Virus record (IMG/VR): IMGVR_UViG_3300019888_000107
Coordinates: 32,001 to 96,000 of that record
From: a virus
DNA length: 64,000 nt
Direction: 5' to 3' (one strand)
The notes beneath the pieces are model-generated. The model did no database searches. It was not told the DNA's origin and was given only the letters and a program-made list of their open reading frames with translations. Each line of letters begins with the position of its first letter. Positions within the stretch are counted from its first letter, which is position 1. Of the stretch, positions 1 through 9,620 are shown piece by piece. A program made the position numbers and the translations under genes.

Positions 1-1
1 C

Positions 2-262
2 GCGCACCGTAAACGCCAACAGGCGAATATCCTCGTCCTTCACGTCGTAACGCTTGAGAACCCCATCCTTATAGACACGCCCCGATTCCAAAAACTCGGC
101 GTAATCGGCGGCCGTCAGCTCCCACACCAAGAACCGGGCCGCTTTGCCCGACACGGTCTTCCAATCCGCTACGATGACTGGTTCTTTCCGCAGCGCCGGC
201 GGAGGCGCCAATTGGCGGGCATTCGTGACCAGTTCGTAGTCGACATCGTCGTCGTCTGGCAC
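2..262 (-). CDS. Probable tail assembly chaperone (runs off window edge)
   Basis: Open frame read by eye (VPDDDDVDYELVTNARQLAPPPALRKEPVIVADWKTVSGKAARFLVWELTAADY...). Lies downstream of the tail-tube gene; start codon uncertain. Confidence 0.5.
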   Translation of the reverse strand, partial: MPDDDDVDYELVTNARQLAPPPALRKEPVIVADWKTVSGKAARFLVWELTAADYAEFLESGRVYKDGVLKRYDVKDEDIRLLAFTVR

Positions 263-302
263 GGACTGTGGTTCTTTCTTGGGTGTAGGGATCAGCGTCT
301 CC

Positions 303-548
303 TTACGCTTCGAAGGTGAGGAATCCATCCCTTTTGCATCGGCATTGGATATGCAAGGGGACTTTGTCGCAGTCGTTATTGAGTGCGCAGATCGCGCAAC
401 AGTCCGGGTGTTTGATCACGCGACAGCCCGCTTCCAGGGCATTGTCGGGCTCCAACTGTTTCAATACGTCGTCGATATTGGATATCGCCACCGCGAACAG
501 GCACGCCGCGTCAATCCGGGCTTGCCGCCCACCGTCGGGTAATGGCAT
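303..548 (-). CDS. Small Cys-rich protein with MuF/SPP1 gp7-like CxxC...HxxCRC motif
   Basis: CAICALNNDCDKVPLHIQCRC; abuts the tail gene. Confidence 0.5.
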   Translation of the reverse strand: MPLPDGGRQARIDAACLFAVAISNIDDVLKQLEPDNALEAGCRVIKHPDCCAICALNNDCDKVPLHIQCRCKRDGFLTFEA

Positions 549-1328
549 TTACAGGTTCAAGTTGATGCCGCGCGAGCAACCGACCAGTACCTGCACGTCA
601 GTGGGTGCTCCGGAGACCGTCCAGGTGGCTTGCAGATAGGCGTTCACGGCGGTGGTGGAGGGCAGCACGATCCGCTGCGAGCCCAGCGTCGACTGCGCCA
701 CAAAGCTAATCAGCGGCGTATAGGTAATACCGTCCGGGCTGTGCTGAATCGTCACGGTCACCGTCGGAGCCGTACCGCCGTCGTAGGCCCACACGTGCAG
801 TTGCGCGGTCGCGCCGTTGGCGGTAGCGCCCCCGAACGGGGTGTTGTTATCGACCGAGCCGGAACCGGACGCACCTGTCAGAAGGTTCTGCGGGGACAGC
901 AGGATGATGCCGTCGTCGAAAGCGCCGCGGGCGTCCAGCTCCAGTGAGAAGTCCACGGCATCTTTGAGCTTGGCCATGATCGACGCGTCAATGATCGAGC
1001 TGGGCTGCATGGTGATGGGCGACAGCGCGTTCAGACCCTCCAGCGCAAACCACGCGTTCACTGGGCTTTTACGACCGAACCACTGCCCGAGCTGCCAGTT
1101 CAGCGTGCCCTTGTCCATAGTCGCCAAGCCCTTGATTTTCAAAGAGCCGTCCTGCAAACCGGGCAAACTGTTCCGAACCCGCGTTCCGAAGCCCGACCCA
1201 TCAATCTTGTCAGCCTTGCGGGAATGCTCCAGGTCGTTTCCCTGGGCGCCAAAGAGATACTGTTCAAGGCCCCACTGGGTGGCATAACCCGGGTACACAG
1301 TCGTTACCTGAGTAAGGTTGATCGCCAT
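549..1328 (-). CDS. Major tail (tube) protein, probable
   Basis: Position after terminator/adaptor genes; beta-rich G/S/T composition; strong RBS. Confidence 0.6.
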   Translation of the reverse strand: MAINLTQVTTVYPGYATQWGLEQYLFGAQGNDLEHSRKADKIDGSGFGTRVRNSLPGLQDGSLKIKGLATMDKGTLNWQLGQWFGRKSPVNAWFALEGLNALSPITMQPSSIIDASIMAKLKDAVDFSLELDARGAFDDGIILLSPQNLLTGASGSGSVDNNTPFGGATANGATAQLHVWAYDGGTAPTVTVTIQHSPDGITYTPLISFVAQSTLGSQRIVLPSTTAVNAYLQATWTVSGAPTDVQVLVGCSRGINLNL

Positions 1329-1330
1329 GG

Positions 1331-1549
1331 TTACTTCTCCTTGCTAGGGGTACCGCTAGAGGCGGCGACGGGGGGCGTGGACTTCTCGGCGATCAGGGGG
1401 CCTTGGCCGTCGGGACCCTGCGAATCCAACAGATATGGCTTATCGACGGGGCCGTCATACACATCGCCCGGCGCGTAATTAGTGTCGTCACCTGTTTTCG
1501 GGTCGGTCCGTCTCCACGCCCGAACGACCTCGTACTGCTTCCCTGCCAC
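1331..1549 (-). CDS. Hypothetical virion-module protein
   Basis: ORF with RBS within the structural operon. Confidence 0.6.
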   Translation of the reverse strand: MAGKQYEVVRAWRRTDPKTGDDTNYAPGDVYDGPVDKPYLLDSQGPDGQGPLIAEKSTPPVAASSGTPSKEK

Positions 1550-1612
1550 GGCAAACCTTCCTTAATCAGGGGTCAACAAAGAACCCCCACGACGGAGGGC
1601 AAAGGAATAGAG

Positions 1613-2014
1613 CTAGGCGGTGATGGACACCACGAGTCGGGCATACGTATAAAGGCCGTTGCCGAAGGCCATCTCACTGATAGCGGCCTCGGTGACCTGC
1701 GAGTACCCGCTGGTGAACTTGATACTGGTCAGCGACTGAATCAGATCGGACCCGGGGGAAATGAGCTCACCGGCCATATCCTGCGCGGCCTGCTCATCCA
1801 CCTGCCCGATCACTAGCAGGACGTTGAAGTTCCACTTGGCGAGCACACTCGACTGGGCCTGTAAGTACTCGATCGTGCGATTCGCTACTGGCTGCACAAT
1901 CGCGGCCGGCGGCGTCAGCGACTTCGGCACATAGTGATACACGTTCACCAGTGGCTGATACGCCGTGATAGCGTCACCCACAGCGGTACGCACATCGTTA
2001 TACTTACTCACCAC
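1613..2014 (-). CDS. Tail terminator-like protein
   Basis: 133 aa; synteny between adaptor and tail tube. Confidence 0.5.
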   Translation of the reverse strand: MVSKYNDVRTAVGDAITAYQPLVNVYHYVPKSLTPPAAIVQPVANRTIEYLQAQSSVLAKWNFNVLLVIGQVDEQAAQDMAGELISPGSDLIQSLTSIKFTSGYSQVTEAAISEMAFGNGLYTYARLVVSITA

Positions 2015-2895
2015 ACCCGCTTATAGGGTGCGAGAATCACTCCGGGATCACACAACGAACGAACACCCGTGCCCGCGGTACTGCCTGGTTTCCGCGCACC
2101 GGTACCGTCGTGCGTAATAGCACCCATGGACATGCTCCAGCTGTCGTGCACCCGCGAGATCAGAAAGAGTGCCGCTTCTTGAATATCATCGGGCAGCGCG
2201 TTCACCCCCACCCCCGCCTGATGGGCATACGTCAGAGGTGCAACCGTGAGAGTGTTACCGCTCAGAGCGGTGGGGGTGATGTGCTCCAGCCATTTGCCGT
2301 CCTGAACAGTGAGAGTGGTTTGGTCGACCAGAATGCCGGTGGCGTCAGCAACAATCATCGACGTGGCACCGGCCAGAGCGGGCGCACTCAGCGTCGTCAC
2401 CGGAAACCCATTGACATAGGACCACTGGGCCCACACCCGCCGGCCCGGCCGATAGCCGGAAAGCGACAACATAGGCTCAAAACCGATGCTGGACCCGGTC
2501 AACGCTCGCGCTGGAATGGTGATGCGCCACGGGTCAAACAACGTCTGTGACAGATCGCTAATCGCGGTCGTGTTGTAGGGATCGGTACCCACCGACACCG
2601 ACAGTACTTGCCGAACAGGGTGATTACGCGTGTGAATGCGCAACTCGCCGTAGTCCGAGAGTGTCACCCAGCCAGCCTCGGTATCCACAGTCGCCGACAG
2701 GTTCTGACGGCACTCCCCATTGATCATCGCGGACACCCGCATAATGATCCGGGCCAGCTCCGCATCATTATCGGCGTCTGAACCGCCCGGCACCAGCTTC
2801 TGCAACTGGGTGTAAATCGGATTGCGTTTCAGCTCGGCAACGGTGAGATACGGTGTCGTCGAATAAGCGGGGATCTGGGTGACAACACTAGGCAT
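2008..2895 (-). CDS. Head-to-tail adaptor/connector
   Basis: N-terminal PYLTVAELK and C-terminal LPDDIQEAAL...LAPYKR, typical of gp6/gp15-like connectors. Confidence 0.6.
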   Translation of the reverse strand: MPSVVTQIPAYSTTPYLTVAELKRNPIYTQLQKLVPGGSDADNDAELARIIMRVSAMINGECRQNLSATVDTEAGWVTLSDYGELRIHTRNHPVRQVLSVSVGTDPYNTTAISDLSQTLFDPWRITIPARALTGSSIGFEPMLSLSGYRPGRRVWAQWSYVNGFPVTTLSAPALAGATSMIVADATGILVDQTTLTVQDGKWLEHITPTALSGNTLTVAPLTYAHQAGVGVNALPDDIQEAALFLISRVHDSWSMSMGAITHDGTGARKPGSTAGTGVRSLCDPGVILAPYKRVW

Positions 2896-2927
2896 TTACG
2901 TCACCCCCTTTACGGCGCTTTAAGCGA

Positions 2928-3224
2928 TCAGACCGAGGAGCTGGTGTACTTCGCGGCGAGCTGTGCGGCTGTCACCACGGTCCAGGTGCCATAGTTGTAC
3001 CCAATAGAGTCCGTCGGATTGAGGGTTACAACGGGTCCATTAGGAATAATCACAATGGCAACCGTCGGTGCGGCTGTAGTCGCCAGCGCTTGCACAGTGC
3101 CAGGTAGTACCGTCGACCAATCGGTATTGAACTGAGTCGAAAACGCGCTCACGCTGCCCTGGCTGTAGGTGGTGAAGAAGTAGCGGCTAATCTGGGCATT
3201 CGCGAGGTACTCCGTGGCGGCCAT
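2928..3224 (-). CDS. Hypothetical virion protein
   Basis: ORF with AGGAG RBS. Confidence 0.6.
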   Translation of the reverse strand: MAATEYLANAQISRYFFTTYSQGSVSAFSTQFNTDWSTVLPGTVQALATTAAPTVAIVIIPNGPVVTLNPTDSIGYNYGTWTVVTAAQLAAKYTSSSV

Positions 3225-3307
3225 AATTGCTCCTTGATCTCCGGGCTAGAAATTCCCGGCTGAGATACAGGGCTGAACTCGGGGATGAAAGGAACTGGCT
3301 GTGGGCC

Positions 3308-3631
3308 TCAGTCCTCGTCGGAATCCTCGTCGTTCTCCTTGGCCTTTTCAGCGCCCTTCTCTGCCTGTCGCGCCTTGTCAAAAGCAACGTGGTCAAACGA
3401 GCCGTTGCGGCGTAACACCTTCTCGCCACGGTGCGCGGCCAGGAACACCTCAACGTCGGCCTCGTCCTGCTTGGCCTGTTCCTCGGCGCGCTTCGCCTGC
3501 TCCTGCTCCCGCTTAACGCGCTCCTTCGCGGCCTTCTCTTCCTTCGGATCACGTTTTACTTCAACAGGCTTAGGTTCATTCACGCCGGAATCCTTGACCT
3601 CGTCCTGCTTTGTCTCGGGCACAACAAACAC
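3308..3631 (-). CDS. Highly charged hypothetical protein
   Basis: E/K-rich ORF in operon. Confidence 0.55.
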   Translation of the reverse strand: MFVVPETKQDEVKDSGVNEPKPVEVKRDPKEEKAAKERVKREQEQAKRAEEQAKQDEADVEVFLAAHRGEKVLRRNGSFDHVAFDKARQAEKGAEKAKENDEDSDED

Positions 3632-3669
3632 GTCCTCGCTATGAGAAAAGAGAAAATCTGATGGATTGG

Positions 3670-3921
3670 TTAAGCGCGATCCGCGTCACAACGAGAACAG
3701 GCACGGAAGTAGGAAGAAAATCCGCAGGTGGCACAGCGAAAACCGTCAGCGCGTACCGGTCCGCCTGACACATCCGCCTGCACGTAACCGATAGCCTTCA
3801 ACGCGCGTGCGTGCGTGGAGTCCGCGACATTGACAATGCGGCCGTCGTAGCGAGTGGTAAGCCCACCCGCGGGAACATCCACCGACACACACGCGTCATC
3901 AGGCGACAGGAGTCTTGGCAT
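3670..3921 (-). CDS. Small protein with C-terminal Zn ribbon
   Basis: CATCG...CSRC. Confidence 0.6.
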   Translation of the reverse strand: MPRLLSPDDACVSVDVPAGGLTTRYDGRIVNVADSTHARALKAIGYVQADVSGGPVRADGFRCATCGFSSYFRACSRCDADRA

Positions 3922-4112
3922 CAGCGCACCCTCTCGACAATCACGCCGTTCTCACACCGATAGGTAGCGCCGTCGCCGTACCCCACGCTGCTCCAACCCG
4001 AATCACAAGACTGGCCGATACGTGGATCGTCAGGATCCGGCTTCACCTGAGGTGTGGGCTTGCTCGTCGGGCGACCAGGACCACGCCGTACCGGAATAGC
4101 AGATTCGGGCAT
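3921..4112 (-). CDS. Small protein with AT-hook-like motif
   Basis: RRGPGRP; coupled to the next gene. Confidence 0.5.
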   Translation of the reverse strand: MPESAIPVRRGPGRPTSKPTPQVKPDPDDPRIGQSCDSGWSSVGYGDGATYRCENGVIVERVR

Positions 4113-4148
4113 GGGAGAACCTTTCGATAATGCCGTACAAGGGACATC

Positions 4149-4182
4149 AAAAAGGGCGCCTCCTGCCGAAGACGCCCTTTTC
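4149..4182 (-). terminator. Intrinsic terminator after major capsid gene
   Basis: AAAAGGGCG...CGCCCTTTT inverted repeat giving T tails on both strands. Confidence 0.7.
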
Positions 4183-4191
4183 GACTAACGC

Positions 4192-5844
4192 TTACGCTGC
4201 TGAAACGCCGGTAATCGCGCCACACCACCCGGGTGCGTAGCATACGGATGTGCCGTACCAATAACTCGACGTCTCATAGGCGAATTGAGAAACTGGCCAC
4301 TCAATTGCCATGTAATCCTGAACATTGTAGACCGCGAATACATCGGAGACGTTGGAATCCGGAAGTGGCAACGTCCAGGAAACGATCGGCAGGTTTCCCT
4401 GAGGTAGCCACGGGTGCACGGTCAAATCGACCATTTTTCCGGTAATTTCGTTTTGCACACCGACCACCAAAGCGCCGATTTGCGCGTTGTGGGCCTGCGT
4501 CGCGTTGTCCACCGTAATGCGGTAGGAGGCCGAAGACGCGTTCTTCAGCTGATCCGAAATCTGCTTACGGTCTGACCCATGCGCAAGGATTTCGTCAGGA
4601 TCCGCCTTCACCGTCTCGTACAGCACGTCGAACGCCTTGGAGAAGGTGTTGCCGACGTTAGCTCCGTCCGCACCGTTAAAGGTGTTGTTGAGCTGCTTGA
4701 CGTATCCCGAGTTGGCCCCGGTGCAATACGTCAAAATGCCGTCGTACTCCGTTGCCGTCGCGGAGTTGTCGGCAGCCGGTGGAACAGCCCCAGAGGTCGG
4801 AAGCGCGCCCTGAATGATGAACGCGCTACCGTTGGGCGAGCGTCCCGCGAACCAACTACCCGCGAGACCCGGGTCCGATGCGCCAGTACCCACGTAGTAC
4901 TTCACGCCGGTCGCGCCCTGCGGCATGGTCGAGGTGACCGAGATGTAGCTGCCCGATGCGGCGGTGACAGTCACCAGAGACGAAGAAACAGATTCACCCC
5001 ACACCGACTCCGACGTAGCACGAATGTAAATGTTGGTGGTGTAGCCGGTAATAGGTGCATTACCTGTTGAGCCCACTACGGCGATTGGCGCGGTCACTCC
5101 GGTAGGCGCGGCAAGCGCACCCGCAAAGGAACCAGTGGTACCGCGACCGCCGAGCAAAAGGCGCTCTTCCAGCAGCATCGAAGACCACAGAACCGAGGTC
5201 TGAGACAACTGGCGAATATCTTGATAGCCTTGACCGGAGAACTGGGAAGCCCAACTCACCTGGTCACTGACGCCGAACTGAATGTACGGCGCGCTCGACT
5301 GAGTACCCGCGTAGCTGATCTTCGGGCCGCGCAGATAGTTCACCGAGCCGAACGTGGTGGTGGTCGACTCAGTAATACCGGGCCGGATAAGGCTCAGACC
5401 ACCAGTACCAGAACCGGTGAACCCGGTGATGGTCTTCCACTGGTGAGCCGTGCCGATACCCTTACGTCGCGCGATGCGGTTTCGCAGGGGAGTGGGACGG
5501 GGTGCTAGCAACTTCGCAGGCGCTTCGAGGTCGTACGCGGCCAGCCCACCAGTGGAACCAGGGCCGGCGACATTCAGATCCTTCATGACATCGGCGTTGG
5601 CCAGCGAGTTACGCACCGACTCCAACAGCTCGGGCGACAGCGCCTTCATCATTTCCGGCGACCCGAGGGACTTCTGAACCTCTAGAACCGGGTTCACCGC
5701 GCCGTCCATGGTGGGGACACCCGGCGTCGGCATGGGATGCTGAGCGGACTTGCTCAGACCCCCCTTATACGCTTCAAAACGCTCGGCGATCTCCACCGGG
5801 CTTGTGGCGTCTCCGAACATGTCGGAGATCTTGGGCATAACCAT
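4192..5844 (-). CDS. Major capsid protein
   Basis: Follows protease/scaffold; followed by a terminator; YDLEAPAKLL..PTPLRNRI motif. Confidence 0.75.
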   Translation of the reverse strand: MVMPKISDMFGDATSPVEIAERFEAYKGGLSKSAQHPMPTPGVPTMDGAVNPVLEVQKSLGSPEMMKALSPELLESVRNSLANADVMKDLNVAGPGSTGGLAAYDLEAPAKLLAPRPTPLRNRIARRKGIGTAHQWKTITGFTGSGTGGLSLIRPGITESTTTTFGSVNYLRGPKISYAGTQSSAPYIQFGVSDQVSWASQFSGQGYQDIRQLSQTSVLWSSMLLEERLLLGGRGTTGSFAGALAAPTGVTAPIAVVGSTGNAPITGYTTNIYIRATSESVWGESVSSSLVTVTAASGSYISVTSTMPQGATGVKYYVGTGASDPGLAGSWFAGRSPNGSAFIIQGALPTSGAVPPAADNSATATEYDGILTYCTGANSGYVKQLNNTFNGADGANVGNTFSKAFDVLYETVKADPDEILAHGSDRKQISDQLKNASSASYRITVDNATQAHNAQIGALVVGVQNEITGKMVDLTVHPWLPQGNLPIVSWTLPLPDSNVSDVFAVYNVQDYMAIEWPVSQFAYETSSYWYGTSVCYAPGWCGAITGVSAA

Positions 5845-5873
5845 TGCAAAACCTTCCTAAAAGTATAGTGTTA

Positions 5874-7844
5874 TCACGCAACGAGGGCCTTCACTTCCGC
5901 TTCGATCTGGGCTGCCTTCACGGCGTAGCCCTTACGGAGATCCGGGTCCTCGGAAACATTCGCTAGAGCTTTAAAACGAGCCGCTTCCCGCGCGAGATCA
6001 CTCTTACGCGCCTGAATCCGCTCGTTTTCGGTCCGGCGCAATGCCGGGCCTCCGGGGGTGGCCATCTGCTCGACCTTCTCCAGCCGCGCGCCCAGGGTTT
6101 CCCCAAGCGCCTCCACGGCGGACTTTGTCGATGCCTCAGCGATAGTCACAAACAGCTTACGAAGCGGTGAATCATCCTTTTCCAAATCCCCAGTGAGGGC
6201 CTTGAAAATGGCGTCTGTATCCGTGGACACGTCGGCGGCCTTGACGGCGTCCGGCTCCACGGTCTTAGCGGCATCAGGCTCGACTGCCTCGGCCTCGGTC
6301 GGCGCGGTGTCTCCGCCTGTTGGTGCGACGGCCTTGGTGTTGTCGCCGCTACTCGACCAGTTATCGGGAATCATGTCAGATGCTCCTAGTGCCTTGGCTC
6401 GGCGAACGATGTATGCCCTGATGGCGTCGTGATCGCCGGAACCACGCCCGACGGCCGAAATAGCGTTGGACAGGTCGGCCTTATCGCCGATGGGGTATGA
6501 GGGATCGCCATTCGGGTTCTTCATCGCCGTGCCGGCCTTCAGCATCGCGGCGAGTTGAGCGGCGTCGTACTTAGCGACCTTGGAAACATCCTCGTCGGCG
6601 GCCAGGCACACCATTGACGGAGTCGCGTTCACACTGGGCGTGATATCAGTTTGTTCGCTCTGCTCGCGGCGAATAAACGCCTGCAGCGACTGGACGGCAT
6701 CGAGCAGTAGACTGATGTCAATCAGTTCCGACGGCTGCTCCGCCAGCTCGGACGCCTCCGACGTAATCAGCCCGGCGATCATGGCGATAGCCGACTGGGC
6801 ATTGCTGATGTCACTGGCCTCGGCGGTGTCGTGAGCGCCGGTCAGCGTGCCGTCGGCTTTCGCTAGAACCGTCTTCACCAATGCGATCGCTGCGGCCCGG
6901 TCGAACGTCGGAGTCTCGGCGGCTTTCACAGCGTTCGCCGAGCCGCACGTCAGGTGACCAGCCTCACCGCAATCCGCGCACTTCTGGCCGGGGGCCGGCG
7001 CGTCGAGCTTATCCACGTCGGTCGTCTTCACCGCGTTACCAGTCATGGCGTTCGTGAGTGCAACGTTGTTCTCGTGGACGACGTCCTGGGCGATCTTTTG
7101 AATCCGTTGCCCATCAAGGACGACATTCACCTGAGCCACAGTCTTCTTCGCACCCGGCATATCCAGCGGGGACGGCGCGGTCTTCGTGGTGTTACCTGTC
7201 TCGCCACCACCATCGAGTTCGAACTCGGGTAGGCCGAGGGCGGTCCGCGCCTTGTTGAGCGTCATCGCGCCATCGGACACGCAAGCCGCAACCAGATCCC
7301 TATCAACGCTGAATTCCTCGCACTTGACGAGGCCGCGCTCCTGATCCAGATCAGCGGACGAGCCCTCCCAGCCGACCACGGCCGACTTGCACAACGTGAG
7401 CGTGCAAGCTGGATTGGCCGGGCGATCGCACAGGCTGACCTCGGTGATCATCCCGCCGTTGATCAAACCATTGGGCGCAGTAGGGCTCTTGACGATCTTG
7501 GGACGACGGACGCCGATGGAAAAGCCGGTGAACACACCCGCGCGGGTCTTAGCGATGGCATCGCGGTCCACGATCTTCGCCGTAATGTAATGCCCATCAG
7601 AGGCAGCCTCGTGCTCGATGGCCTTCCCGACCGCGCTATCCGAGCGGTGCTGGGCTCGGATGTTTCCCCCGACGCCCGTTCCGGTTCCGAACCAGGCCGG
7701 CATTGCCTCGGCCAACCAGGTGGGATCGCAGCGCTGGTCATCGAGATCGAGTCCGCCGTCGGTGGCCTTGCCGTAGACCAGCAGCGACCCATCGTCCTGC
7801 TCGACGGTCTTCGAGATCGGCGCAAACGCTGACGTCAGCTCCAT
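5874..7844 (-). CDS. Prohead protease-scaffold fusion
   Basis: N-terminal HK97-type protease motifs (NIRAQH, FTGFSIG, EVSLCDRPANP); DUF6582-like YPIGDK segment; helical C-terminus. Confidence 0.75.
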   Translation of the reverse strand: MELTSAFAPISKTVEQDDGSLLVYGKATDGGLDLDDQRCDPTWLAEAMPAWFGTGTGVGGNIRAQHRSDSAVGKAIEHEAASDGHYITAKIVDRDAIAKTRAGVFTGFSIGVRRPKIVKSPTAPNGLINGGMITEVSLCDRPANPACTLTLCKSAVVGWEGSSADLDQERGLVKCEEFSVDRDLVAACVSDGAMTLNKARTALGLPEFELDGGGETGNTTKTAPSPLDMPGAKKTVAQVNVVLDGQRIQKIAQDVVHENNVALTNAMTGNAVKTTDVDKLDAPAPGQKCADCGEAGHLTCGSANAVKAAETPTFDRAAAIALVKTVLAKADGTLTGAHDTAEASDISNAQSAIAMIAGLITSEASELAEQPSELIDISLLLDAVQSLQAFIRREQSEQTDITPSVNATPSMVCLAADEDVSKVAKYDAAQLAAMLKAGTAMKNPNGDPSYPIGDKADLSNAISAVGRGSGDHDAIRAYIVRRAKALGASDMIPDNWSSSGDNTKAVAPTGGDTAPTEAEAVEPDAAKTVEPDAVKAADVSTDTDAIFKALTGDLEKDDSPLRKLFVTIAEASTKSAVEALGETLGARLEKVEQMATPGGPALRRTENERIQARKSDLAREAARFKALANVSEDPDLRKGYAVKAAQIEAEVKALVA

Positions 7845-7901
7845 GGTGGTTACAACCTTTTCTTCATAGGGCGCACACCACTAACACAAGAGGGCGTGAA
7901 A

Positions 7902-8456
7902 TCAAGCGCCTAGTCGAACTCGCGCCGCCATCTGAGTCAGCATCGAGTCGTGAATAATGTCGATCCGGGACCGCGCTTCAGCGGCCACCAGCGGGTCTCT
8001 GATGCACGTCAGCTGATTGTCTTGCTTGGCTTCGCCGGATTCGGACCAGTTCGTCGATCCGGTCACGACGTCTAAGCCGTCGATAATGACCATCTTCAAA
8101 TGCATGATGGCGCCTTTTTCGGAATGCCCTACGGCGATCGAGTTCCCGACGCCACTGGAATCCCATTTCGCCAACAGCGCCCGTTCGTGCACACCGCCGG
8201 CTTGGGAACGGTCCAGACTCATCTGTACGTAAATGTGCTCGTCGGAGACCTTCGCGTGGATCGCGGTATCCAAACCGTCATCGTCATATCCGTACATCGC
8301 CAGCACCAGCGAATGGCTCGCCGACGCAACCAACGCGGTCAGGGCGGCGTGAACCCGATCCACAGGTGAGTAGAACGTGCGTACGTGTTCGGGATAGCCG
8401 GTGATGAAGGGGGTGGCCTTGAACTGGTCGAGCGTGCTCAGATCCGCCAACGCCAT
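7902..8456 (-). CDS. Phospholipase D-family (Nuc-like) nuclease
   Basis: Single HKD motif HLKMVIIDG...GSTNWS. Confidence 0.8.
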   Translation of the reverse strand: MALADLSTLDQFKATPFITGYPEHVRTFYSPVDRVHAALTALVASASHSLVLAMYGYDDDGLDTAIHAKVSDEHIYVQMSLDRSQAGGVHERALLAKWDSSGVGNSIAVGHSEKGAIMHLKMVIIDGLDVVTGSTNWSESGEAKQDNQLTCIRDPLVAAEARSRIDIIHDSMLTQMAARVRLGA

Positions 8457-8920
8457 CAGTGATGCAACCGCTTGCTCGGAACCGGGGGCCGCAAATGCCG
8501 CAGCTGGTCCAGGGCCTGAGTGAGAGCCTTATCCTGTTCGGCCAAATGACGTTCCAACTCCAGCGCCTCGTGCAAAATGGCTTCGGCGTCCTCGAACGTC
8601 GCCTGGGCGCGGGCGTCCGCCGCTTGGGCTTGCAGGTTCTGACCCAGGAGAATGACTGACAATAAGACTAATTGAAGGAAAGTTTGAGCGATCCATTGCA
8701 CGATCCCGCCAATACCTGCGTTAATCGCGGTAGGCAACCCGAACACCGCCAACGCGGCAAACACGTATGCGCAGTTCATCGAGCCGACGAAGCTGGTAAT
8801 CCCCAGTGCGACGGCCTTGTTGAACCGTGCGTAGGCGGTGCCCTCGTCGTGCTGGGCCGCCACCGTAACCGGAACCGCGTCTTTATGGCGATGGGCGTGG
8901 GGGACGTGCACAAACGCCAT
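8456..8920 (-). CDS. DUF1003-like membrane protein
   Basis: Two TM segments followed by LQLVLLSVILLGQN..AADAR and a coiled coil. Confidence 0.65.
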   Translation of the reverse strand: MAFVHVPHAHRHKDAVPVTVAAQHDEGTAYARFNKAVALGITSFVGSMNCAYVFAALAVFGLPTAINAGIGGIVQWIAQTFLQLVLLSVILLGQNLQAQAADARAQATFEDAEAILHEALELERHLAEQDKALTQALDQLRHLRPPVPSKRLHH

Positions 8921-8942
8921 GACGCCCCCTCACAGTGCTGAT

Positions 8943-9620
8943 TTACGGTCCGGGAGCGACACCGCCCCACACGTCAGCCCGGCACCGGCAGCGGAAATGT
9001 TGAGCCCCGGGCAGTCCTGGCGCGTTATCGAGAGTGAAGAGCCGACCGTTCAATGCGGCGCAGTCGGGCGTGGTGTCTTTATCCATGACGGTGCGCCACA
9101 CCAGCCAGCCGGTTGTTGACTGCGCGGCGATGTCATCGAGCCGGCGAGCGGCGGCCCGTCGTTTACGCCCGGCAGCCACGTGTTGCGCGAGGTACACCTG
9201 CTCCCGAGCGAGGGCCTTCTCGAACAGGTCGAGATCGTCACTGGCGTCGGTCAGCCGCTGGGCCGCAGCGAGGGTGAAGCGGGCCCGCAGCTCGGGTTCC
9301 TCGGTCGCCACCCGTCGGGCGGTGGTCATATCCGCGCGTGGCAGCGGGGAGCCGTGCCTTGTGCGTCCGGTCAGCGCGGGATGACACGTCAGGCGTCCAG
9401 CCTCGATCACCGACTGGCGGTCCAGCCCATACGCGACCAACGCATCGACCAGGCGCTCGGGCAGCTCGGCTGCGGTGATAGCGGCCGGCGAGGCGTACCA
9501 CACCGTCAACAGCGCGATCAGGGCCGTGATGCCACTGGATACCGCTTTCGTGAGCAAGCGGGCCTGGGCTAACGCCATCAACGCACGGGTACGGGCCTCC
9601 GACGCCACCGTTCCCCCCAT
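8943..9620 (-). CDS. MuF/SPP1 gp7-like head morphogenesis protein
   Basis: WRTVMD..T.PDCAALNG...HFRCRC; follows the portal. Confidence 0.7.
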   Translation of the reverse strand: MGGTVASEARTRALMALAQARLLTKAVSSGITALIALLTVWYASPAAITAAELPERLVDALVAYGLDRQSVIEAGRLTCHPALTGRTRHGSPLPRADMTTARRVATEEPELRARFTLAAAQRLTDASDDLDLFEKALAREQVYLAQHVAAGRKRRAAARRLDDIAAQSTTGWLVWRTVMDKDTTPDCAALNGRLFTLDNAPGLPGAQHFRCRCRADVWGGVAPGP

